A DNA stretch of 38,858 nt, from positions 1 through 38,858 of the IMG/VR virus record IMGVR_UViG_3300036770_002623. One strand, written 5' to 3'. Numbering within the stretch: position 1 is the stretch's first letter; every line of letters starts with the position of its first letter. The notes under the pieces were generated by a model that made no database searches, was not told the origin of the DNA, and saw only the letters and a program-made list of their open reading frames with translations. Made by a program: the position numbers and the translations under genes. Shown here one piece after another: positions 8,048 to 17,900 of this stretch. This DNA is from a virus. Lineage: Duplodnaviria > Caudoviricetes.

Positions 8048-9921
8048 GCAAGGGCAAAAGTAGCGCCCCAACCGGCACACAGAAGGTTGAGACCACTCAA
8101 ACCAACCTTCCACCGTACGCTGAACCGTACTATCGATCAGCCCTTGAAAGGGCGATGTTTGAAAGTGCGCGTCCCTATGAACCGTTCTTGGGACAGCGCC
8201 TTGCACAGTTTGCCCCAGAAGAGACCTTTGCCCAGCGCGGCATCATGTCTCTGGGTCGTCCAACCCAGATCAACGAAGCGACTGACATCTTCCGTCAGAT
8301 CGGTGGCATGCCGACTGGTGGCGGAGCGCAGATCGCGGGTCAGTTTAATCCGCAAGCCATCAGCCCGACTTATCGCGGCAGAGAGTTCCAAACTGGATAT
8401 GATCCAAGGCAGTTCCAGTCTGGATATACCGCAGGCGGATTAGGTGATCTTTATCAGGCTGGGATGTATTCCTCAGGATACACCCCCGGTCAGATTACCT
8501 CTGGTTATCAGGCTGGTCAGTTTGCACCCGGCTTTGAGGCACAGGCTGTCTCTCCGACCTATCGTGCTGGACAGATCCAAAGCGGATATCAGGCTGGTCA
8601 GTTTCAACCGGGCTATGAAGCCGGTCGTTTAGGCGCATCATTTGAAGCCGGTAGTCTTGCGGCTCCGGGCGCTATTGAACAATACATGTCCCCGTACCAG
8701 CGCATGGTCACGGACGTGGAGAAGCAAGCGGCTACCCGTGCCTCGCAGATGCAGGCTCAGGAGACCGGTGCTGCCGCAGCCCGTGCGGGTGCAAAGGGCG
8801 GTACTCGCGAGGCTTTGCTGGAAGCAGAGCGTCAGAAGAATCTGAGCGGACAGTTGGCGGGTATCGAAGCCCGTGGCGCACAGTCTGCCTTTGAGCAGGC
8901 TCAGAGAGCCTTTGAAGCGGATCGCGCTGCCCGATTGCAGCAGGGTCAGTTTGGTATCCAAGCCTTCCAGACTCAGGAAGGTGCGCGTCAGCGTGAAGCC
9001 GAGATGCGCTTTGGCGCACAGCAGGCTGGGGAACAGGCTCGTCAAGAGGCTGCTCGTATGGGCATGTCTGCTCAACAGCAGACCGAAGCAGCCCGTCAAG
9101 CAGAGCAAGAGTTTGGTCTTCGCGCATTTGGAATGGGTGCAGAAGAGCGTCAGTTCCAAGCGAACATTGGACTGCAAGCACAGCAAGCCGGTGAGCAAGC
9201 CCGTCAACGTGCCGCTGAGATGGGCATGTCTGCCCAGCAACAGAATCAGGCAGCGTTGCAAGCGGCTGAAGAGTTCCGTTTGCGTGGCTTCCAAGCCGTG
9301 GAATCGGCTCGTCAGGCTCAGGGTCAGATGGGCTTGGGTGCATTCCAAGCCCGTGAGGCGGCTCGTCAGCAACAACAGCAGTTCCAGTTCCAAGCCCAGC
9401 AGGCTGGAGAGCAAGCACGTCAACGTGCTGCCGAGTTGGGATTGTCAGCCCAGCAGCAGAGCGATGCTGCCAACCGCGCTGCACAAGAGTTCCTCATGCA
9501 GTCGCAGCAGTTCAACGTGGAGCAGCAGCGTCAGAGAGCGTTGCTCGGATTCCAAGGTTTGGAAGCCGACCGTGCTGCACAAGAACAGCGACTTCGTGCT
9601 GCAGAACTTCTGCGTGGAACCGGTGGCATGCAGCAAGAATTGGATCTGCAAAGACTGCAGGCTCAGTTGGGTGTCGGCGGACAGCGCCGCGATCTCATGC
9701 AGCGTGGCTTGGATATCGGCTACGAAGACTTCATGCGTCAGCAGGCGTTCCCGAGAGAGCAGTTGGCGTTCCTCAGCAACCTGTTGCAGGGTGTTCCGGT
9801 TCAACCGGGTTCCACCACCGCAAGTTTCGGACGTGTTCCGACACCGACCCAACAATTGCTTGGCGCGGGTCTGGGTGCTGCGGGTCTTTATAGAACCCTT
9901 GGCGGAGGACAACCGGGATGA
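8044..9921 (+). CDS. DNA pilot / ejection protein with Gln/Ala-rich repeats
   Basis: TNLPPYAEPY, YMSPYQ..V, P.EQL.FLS.LL.G.P, GAGLGA.GLY motifs; long predicted coiled coil. Confidence 0.65.
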   Translation: MSKGKSSAPTGTQKVETTQTNLPPYAEPYYRSALERAMFESARPYEPFLGQRLAQFAPEETFAQRGIMSLGRPTQINEATDIFRQIGGMPTGGGAQIAGQFNPQAISPTYRGREFQTGYDPRQFQSGYTAGGLGDLYQAGMYSSGYTPGQITSGYQAGQFAPGFEAQAVSPTYRAGQIQSGYQAGQFQPGYEAGRLGASFEAGSLAAPGAIEQYMSPYQRMVTDVEKQAATRASQMQAQETGAAAARAGAKGGTREALLEAERQKNLSGQLAGIEARGAQSAFEQAQRAFEADRAARLQQGQFGIQAFQTQEGARQREAEMRFGAQQAGEQARQEAARMGMSAQQQTEAARQAEQEFGLRAFGMGAEERQFQANIGLQAQQAGEQARQRAAEMGMSAQQQNQAALQAAEEFRLRGFQAVESARQAQGQMGLGAFQAREAARQQQQQFQFQAQQAGEQARQRAAELGLSAQQQSDAANRAAQEFLMQSQQFNVEQQRQRALLGFQGLEADRAAQEQRLRAAELLRGTGGMQQELDLQRLQAQLGVGGQRRDLMQRGLDIGYEDFMRQQAFPREQLAFLSNLLQGVPVQPGSTTASFGRVPTPTQQLLGAGLGAAGLYRTLGGGQPG

Positions 9922-11939
9922 ACATCATAGAGATGGAGGACATGGTCAAGGGTCTTCCCGACCAAGTCCTTATGCAAGAAGCGCAGGCTCCTTCGGGTCG
10001 TATCCCGCAGTTCCTCGCGTTGTCGGAAGTGCAGCGCCGCAAGGATATGCGTGATCGCTTTCAACAGCAGGCTCCGCAGCAGACCGTCAAGGACATGATC
10101 CTAGGGGGCACCGCTGGTCCGCCTTCACCCCAGCCACCGCCGATACCCGGTGGCACCCAACCCGGCGGTGCCCCTCCTCAACCCGTGATGGCGTATGCCG
10201 GTGGCCGCATGCCGAACATGTACGCCGATGGTGGGTTTATTGAAAAGGCTGCGTATGTCCTTCCTAATCCGGTTCGATCAGTCAAAGCCTTGGTTGATCT
10301 GCCGCGCAATCTTGCCGCGCTGAAACAAGCCAGAGAGACTGGCCCTAATCCGAATAACCCCGGAAACTTTGGATATAAGCCAAGCGAGTCTGGGTATGGT
10401 CCTGATCCTTTTGGGATGGGTCCGGCTGGGTTTATGCAGGCTGGGCAGAAAGCAGAAGCCATGGATCGCGCTGGCGCTATGGCATTGGGTAACCGATATC
10501 AGGACTACCTGAATCGCATGACCAACCCGTTCGCGGGAACTGGCTCCGGTATTGTCCGAGATGAACGTCTCGGTGATGACAGTTTAAACATGGGTCTTGG
10601 CGCATTCTCTGGCATGTCTGCTGGTGGTGTGGTCAAGATGCAGGAAGGCCGCACTGTCCCTGATTTCCAGAACTTGATTTCGTTGCCTCAGTTTGGTGGC
10701 AATCGCAATAGCAATCTTCTGGCTATCGAAGAACTTCTGAAGATTCCTGAGGAACTGCGTACTCCGGAACAGAACCAGATCATTGCAAGTCTGTTGCCTG
10801 CCATGCAGGAGTTCCCGGTAACACCTCCGCCTCCGCAGGTTCCCGAAACTATTGCCGCCCCGACCATGGCTCAAACCTCTGCGACTGTTGCGTCTCCTGC
10901 TGCTGGTACAGCACCGCCTGCTGCTCCTCCGGGAAGCACTGATTCGTTCATGCGCTATCTGCCCGGTGTCGAGTCAATGGTCAGCAAGATGATGCCGCAG
11001 GCTGCTGGCTTCGATGTCGCTGGCTACACAGAAGCATTTAAACCCAAGGAGTCTGATTACGTCAGCCCTGAGTTCAAAGCAGCCAGAGAGAAGATGATCA
11101 CGGATCTTCGCACTGAAGCGCAGAAGCGCCGCGAAGCAGACATGGCTTTGGCGCAGCGTTATATGAGCGAAGCAGAGGCTCCCATCAAAGCCGCTGAGGA
11201 AGAGGCTAAGAAGGCTGCACTGGGTGCAGTTCTGACTCGCCTTGGCGCAGGACTCATGCAGGGTGATGCTGCTGCAGGGTTGGCCATGGCTACGGAAAGT
11301 GCCGAGAAGATCATGGGTCGTTCCCGTGAACTGTCTCAGGCCGAGCGTCGTGCTGCCAAGCAAGAGTTCCGTGTGGCAGAACGCGAAGCCACTCGCGCAG
11401 AGCGTGGTTCGGCTGATCAAGCGTTCAATATGCAGGCTCAGAATCTGTTGTCGGATGAGAACGCACAGCGCATGTACGTTCGCGATTCGAAGAACTTTGC
11501 TCAGTCTGTCTATGGCTTGATGCGAGATGCTGGTAAGGATGCTCGTGCTGCTCACATGGAGTCAGTGCGTTTGACCTTCAGCATTGCTCAGGCCATTGAC
11601 ACTGCCGAGCGCGAAGCCAAGCGCGAAGCCGGATTGACGGATCGTCAATACGCTCAGACCTTCGGCACCGTGTTCGACAATGTCATCAAGGCTTTGGAAG
11701 ATGCGGACTTTGTTGATCCGAAGACGGGCGAATCCCGTGCCCCGACTGGTGAAGAGTTGTTGGATCTTGCCAACAAGAAGGCTGGTGAGATTCTGACTAC
11801 CCGTGGTATTCGGGCACCCAGTCAATCTGCAAATGCCGTTCGGGTTACAAGTCAAGACGAGTTGAATAAACTTGATCCGGGAACGCCATACATTTATGTT
11901 GGCCCCGGATCGGACAACAAAGTAAGGATTAAGCCGTAA
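9918..11939 (+). CDS. Internal virion protein (ejection module)
   Basis: P.G.IPQFLALSEVQRR..MR N-terminus, YAGG/YADGG/SAGG motifs, helical C-terminal half. Confidence 0.55.
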   Translation: MNIIEMEDMVKGLPDQVLMQEAQAPSGRIPQFLALSEVQRRKDMRDRFQQQAPQQTVKDMILGGTAGPPSPQPPPIPGGTQPGGAPPQPVMAYAGGRMPNMYADGGFIEKAAYVLPNPVRSVKALVDLPRNLAALKQARETGPNPNNPGNFGYKPSESGYGPDPFGMGPAGFMQAGQKAEAMDRAGAMALGNRYQDYLNRMTNPFAGTGSGIVRDERLGDDSLNMGLGAFSGMSAGGVVKMQEGRTVPDFQNLISLPQFGGNRNSNLLAIEELLKIPEELRTPEQNQIIASLLPAMQEFPVTPPPPQVPETIAAPTMAQTSATVASPAAGTAPPAAPPGSTDSFMRYLPGVESMVSKMMPQAAGFDVAGYTEAFKPKESDYVSPEFKAAREKMITDLRTEAQKRREADMALAQRYMSEAEAPIKAAEEEAKKAALGAVLTRLGAGLMQGDAAAGLAMATESAEKIMGRSRELSQAERRAAKQEFRVAEREATRAERGSADQAFNMQAQNLLSDENAQRMYVRDSKNFAQSVYGLMRDAGKDARAAHMESVRLTFSIAQAIDTAEREAKREAGLTDRQYAQTFGTVFDNVIKALEDADFVDPKTGESRAPTGEELLDLANKKAGEILTTRGIRAPSQSANAVRVTSQDELNKLDPGTPYIYVGPGSDNKVRIKP

Positions 11940-14900
11940 TGGCTGCAAACTGGTGGGAAATAGGCAAACTCGTTGATACCAAACCCACCACCACAGACGA
12001 AGAAAAAAACTGGTGGGAAATTGGGCGAGTTGTAGAGGAGCCTAAGAAGGAACCTCAACCATCAGTTGCGCCTGAAGCACAGCCTGCTCAAGGGCCGGTT
12101 GGCTTTGGTCCGTTGTCTATGCTGATGGAGTCTCTTCCTGCCGTAAAGCAGGAATTGACCAGCGTCTTTACACCAGAGACTGTGCAGGGTGTTGGCTCCA
12201 ACATTCCGTTGACGGCCCAACTTGCCATCCTCAGCAGCAACCTTGAGACCATCGATAACACGATGGTGGATTCGCCTGAGAAACAAAAGGCTCAGGCTGA
12301 CACGCTTAAACAGATCGAAGATATCCAGCGCCAGATTCAGGCAAACACCCCAGAAGATCTTGGGTTTTTGCAGCGCGGTGTCCGCCTCGGTCTTGAGAAT
12401 TTACCAGCAATGGGCATCGGAACCATTGCGTCTATTGCTGCCCGTAGTCCTGCCCCTGCATTAGCCACGGCTGGTGCGTTGACCCGTACTCAGTCCTATG
12501 GTCAAGCCAGAGCAGAAGGTCTTGCGCCTGACTTGGCGGGAACCTATGCCGATATCAATGCAGCCATTGAAGTAGGTCTTGAGGCTTCACCAACTACCAA
12601 GTTGCTGGATGCCTTCAATGTCAAGGATGCGGCTGGTCTTAAAAAGAAAGTCCTTGAGTTTGCTTTAACGGAAGGCGTTACAGAGCAAGCAACGACAGCC
12701 CTGCAAACCCTGAACGACTTGGCATTCCAACTAGATCAACAGTTGGCCAATGCAGAATCCCCGTTAGAAGCCGCCAAGATTCAAGCGGAGCGTCAGGCTT
12801 TGACCGCCGTGGCCACTGTTGTTGGTGGCGGCACACAGGCTGCTGGCGTTGGTGCCCTGAACAAGATTCAGCGTGATCGCTTGCTGAAGCAAGTCGAATC
12901 TGGCGAGAGAGACCTTGAAGATATTGGCGTTGAGATAGAGCAGATCCAGATTGAGAAAGCCCGAGAGGATGCTCTCAATAGCGCAGCCAATATTGCTGCC
13001 CCAACTCCCGATGAAGTTCGCACTGAGCCGGGTCAGACTGAAGCAACTCCGTTCCAGTCAAGCGAATCGTACGCAGAAAAGATATTCAATTCTGTAGGTC
13101 AGTTCATTCCTACAGATACGACCTTTAAGGTTGAGACCAAGGACATCGATGGAACCCAATCCATCGTAGTGACTGACCAAAATGGTAGGCAATATGGTCA
13201 GGCATTCCAGAACAAGGATCAGGCTGACCAGTTAGCATTAAGTTTAAACAATCTAACTAAGAGCCGTGACGGTGTCCTAAAAGAACTGGAACCGCTGGGC
13301 ACCTCCCTTAAGGACGTGCTGAAAGGCTACGGTCTTAACGATATCGGTCTCAAGTTAGACACCAAGATCTTCGGTCGTCGTGGTGAAGCCATGACATCCG
13401 AGGGTTTGTTTGATCCGGTGGTTCGACAGGTATTCCTCGCGGTCGATGCCATTGATCCGACCGGAACCCTGAACACAGACCAGCGCCGTGAGGCCCTCAG
13501 AGGCGTTCTACGCCACGAGGTTGTCCATGCCTTGCGCTATCTGGACCTCTGGAAGAAAAAGGAATGGAAGACGCTAGAGAAGGCTGCGGCTAACCTGAAG
13601 AAGGAAGGCACGGACAAGACCTATCTAGACGTTGCGAGGGAAGCCTACTCCGACCAGAACAAAGTCGTTCAGGTTGAGGAAGCCGTGGCGGAGATGATCC
13701 GTGACGTAGCGGATAGACAGGCTAAGTTTGCTGGCCGCCCTCGCAGTCTCTCTGAACGTGCGGTGCAGTTTTTTGATCGCACTAAGAATGCGCTGACCGG
13801 TGCTGGGTTCCAGACCTATGACGATGTGATCCAGCGTTTTGAGCAGGGCATCGTGGGTTCCCGTGAAAGAGGGCAGATCCGCACCCTTCGCGCTGTCGAG
13901 GAGCGTGCTGCCGAGAAGGGACAGGTTCCCGAAAGATTGCAGCGTCTCTTCACCAACCCTGAAGAGCGCAACAAGTTCCGTCAGGAAACGGTGCAGAACC
14001 TACAGACCCAGAAGGGTCCGGTTTCGCAGCCTGTTGCGAATAGCCTGAATACCCAAGGACTCCGAGAGTCGCGTTCGTTCGTGGAACCCGTGCCTGAAAA
14101 GATTCAGGTGGGCGACCGATCCGTTGGAACTCGTGATTCCGAAGGGCGTTTAATCTACTCCGGCTATGAAGGACCGGAAGTGTTTGGCATCCAGACTCGC
14201 CCGACACAGGAAGGTCTGCAGAACTTCTGGAACTGGTTCGGTACTAGCAAGACCATTGACAAGCAGGGTCGTCCGCTGGTGTTCTATCACGGAACCGCTG
14301 CTGATATCACTGCCTTCCGTCCCAAGCAGGCCGGGTCTGTATTTGTTACCCGTAGTCCTGAGTTTGCAGAAGAGTTCGGGTTCTTGTCTGACAACTACAT
14401 GGTCAGCAACTTCCCGGACTTCATGTCCGATCAGCAAGTCGTGGACGTGCTGAATGAAACGCTTGCCAACCCGGCTTCGTTCTCACCCAAGTACTACGAT
14501 CAAGTTGCTGCTGCCCGTGATCAGGCTATTGCAGATGTGCAAGCAGGCAAGGCGATTCGCCCCGCTGCACTGAAGCCGCTCAAAGACATTGCCGCTGATG
14601 GCCGCAGTTCCCGCTACCTGAATGCGATTCAGAAGCGGCTCCCGTCCAGTGCCAACATGATCCCGGTCTATGTCAAGGCAGATAAGCCTTGGGATTACGA
14701 TAACAAGGATGATGTAAAGGCAGTGGTTCGTCGCGCCAGAGACAATGGCGCAGACATCACTGCATCCATGATCGAAGAGATTGGTCAGGGTAACTGGCAG
14801 ACCATCGAAGGATCAGAGGGCAATGCCCCGATCCTTGATGCGATTCGGGAACTGGGCTATGACTCTATGTATGTTGAAGAGCAGGGTGAGAAGAACCTTG

Positions 14901-17900
14901 CTGTCTTTGATCCGGGTCAGGTCAAGTCTGCCATTGGAAACAATGGTGAATTTAGTCCGACCACCCCGAGCATTCGGGAGTCGCGAAAGCAGCCTGTTTA
15001 TAACATTGTCAACAGTCGCACTGGTGAAGTTGTTGGCCAAGCCGACACTATCAATGGCGCTCGTCGTGCAGTAGATCGTCGTGACAATCAGTACGGTGCG
15101 AGTGTCCACACGATTCAAACTGTAGATGCCGAAAGAGATGCAGAGCAAAGGGCAAAGTCCAGAGAAAGACTTGGTCTTCCTGCTTTGCGTGAGTCGCGTG
15201 GCATTAACGTAGAGGTTGCACCTGATCCTCGTGATCAAGAAGCCACTAATACGTTTAATAGTTTCCCAGAAGAAACTCGCGCACAGATCACCACCGAAGT
15301 TGCGGACCCTGTTGTTCGCAATGTCATGCGTAATCTTGGCATTCAAGATTATCAAGTGGAGTACACCCTTGGTGGATTCCAAGGCGGTACGCAGCCGTCC
15401 ATCATTGTTCGCTTTGGCAATGACGTTCCATACGAAAGAATCATTGAGTCCAGCAAAATCCTTGGAACTTTGTGGAAGCAGCAAGCCGTCATTACTTACG
15501 ATGAGAATGACAAAGAAGGCGGCGATCAAAGACAGTATGTCAAAGTTACTCCGAGCAGACCGTTGTCGTACTCGGAAACTCAAAATTTGTTTAACCGTAT
15601 TTATCAGGCATATCCAAACGCAGCAGGATTTACTAGCCGCGAAGGATCTTTGGTGTTTGGAAACTTTGACAACACACCGCCTGAAGAATTTTTGAACAAC
15701 TTACGTTCAGTAGTTGGCGACAACATTGCTGACTTGGATTATGATGCCGAAACGTCATCATCTATTTTTAGATCTGACTGGATTGAACCTGTAAATTTAG
15801 AAGGCACTCAGTATGGGCAAGTTACTGGAACACCGGGAGTTGCAGCCGGGAGAGACAATGTTCGGCGGCAGAGGGAGTTTGATTCCCTTCAAAGCCAGTC
15901 CGATGAACTCTTCAGGAGAGCAGTTGAACTTCGATCCCAACGCGCCAGAGACAGAGCAGGACGCGATCAAGTCGGAGCAATTGCGCCGCTTGAAGGTGCG
16001 CCAATTATCGAAGGCGCTACCGGGCCGGACCCAGAAATAGTTTCTGTTGCTGAAGGATATGCCCGTAAACTTGGGATTCCTTACAGCCGTCAAAGATCTT
16101 ACGTTGAAGTAGATCCGGATAGAGCCAAGCGCATTGCCGATGCTTACGAAGCAATGGCACATGCACCGCAAGATCCTGCGGTTAAACAGGCTTACGATGA
16201 TTTGATTCGCCAAACTCGTGATCAGTACGATGCACTGACCGATGCTGGATATTCCTTCACCTTCTTCGATAGCAACACCGATCCGTATCAAGGCAATCCT
16301 TGGAACGCGATGCGGGATCTCCGTGCCAACAAGCGCATGGCTGTGTATGGAACCTATGATGGTTTTGGAACAGAAGGGATTACTGATGCTGCAGTAGAAG
16401 ACAATCCTCTTCTACGAGACACTGGTTTGCGATGGCCAGATCAGAATGGTGTTCTTCGTCCTGTTACCGCCAATGATCTATTCCGTGCAGTGCATGATGC
16501 ATTTGGTCATGGACTTGAGGGTGCAGGGTTCCGTGCCAGAGGAGAAGAGAATGCATGGCAAGCCCATGCTCAACTCTTTACTGGCCCTGCTCTAGGCGCT
16601 CTGACATCTGAAACTCGCGGCCAAAACAGTTGGCTGAACTACGGTCCATACGGTGAAAAGAACCGTACTGCGAATGTGCTAGACACTGTATTCGCAGAGC
16701 AGAAGTCTGGACTCATGCCGTCATGGACATGGCAAGAAGGACTTGAAACGCCGGTAGTTCCCGCCGCCCGAGAGGCAAAGCGTAAGAAGCCGAAGGAAGG
16801 CGTTCCGCTTGGCCCACCGAATCCGGGTCCAGAGACGGACTTCGATACCACTGCCGCTGCTGAGGCTCTAAACAACAGCCAGCCTGTCGATCAGATGGGT
16901 ATCCCGGCAGGTCCGCTTGTCACGGACACCATGCCAGACAACACGGTAGACATTTCCCGTGCGCGTCTGGACCCGCTGATGAAGCGACTGATCACGGGCG
17001 TGGAGTTCTTCCAGTCTGCACCAGACAAGTTGCGCTCTGGCGTGGGCTTGACCGATATCGCCAAGCGAATCGAAGACTACTACGACACCTATGCCGAGAG
17101 GCTAGGCATCGTCAACAGCATCATCCGTGATGCGAATAAGAACATCCGGATTGGTGGGAACAAGTCTGCCCTTGAAACCTTTGAGCGTTTCATCCGTGCT
17201 CGTGAAAACAATCGGGCCGATGAGGCTGCCGCTATCAAAGCCGAGGCTTCGGACAGCGACCGTCAATTGATTGACGCATGGGAAAAGATTGCCGAGGAAA
17301 CCGGTCGCGTCAATCTTAGTGTCCGCACACCGAATGGTCAGCCGATGAAGGTCTATGACCCGAATCTGGTCACGGGAACCTATGGCGAAAAGGTAGGCGG
17401 CTTCCGCCCAATCAAAGCGGTTAAACAGTTCTTCCCAAGGACCATGCGTCGGGAAGTACTGGAAGTGATGATGAATCCGAACACTGATCCGGCTCTCTAC
17501 AACGAACTGCTGGACGCATTGGTTGCATCTGGAAAAGCAGAGGATCACGAATCAGCAGACGCATTCCTTGTCAGAGAATATTTTTCTGATGAAGTCAAAC
17601 AGGATTATTTTGCTGGTGTTGAGAAAGCCCGTACTGACCCGCTCCCGGAAATCTTCTACGACTACTCATGGGATGCGGCTACCCGTTACCTTCGAAAGTG
17701 GGCACGTCGTACATCTCAGATCCAGTACTTCGGTCAAGAGATGGGCGAGTTCCATAAGGACTGGTTCGACACGAACATCAAGAAGATTCGTGACGACGAA
17801 ACACAGAAGTATTTAAACGAAATCAAGAATCGTATCTACGAGATTGAGTCGTTTGGGCCACTCACCAACATCATGAGTTGGCTCAACTCAATTGCGACGG

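Noticed and set aside
8638-10054. Long alternative-frame and antisense ORFs (261, 250 and 393 aa)
   Set aside because: Shadow ORFs of the Gln/Ala repetitive gene; no RBS or motifs.
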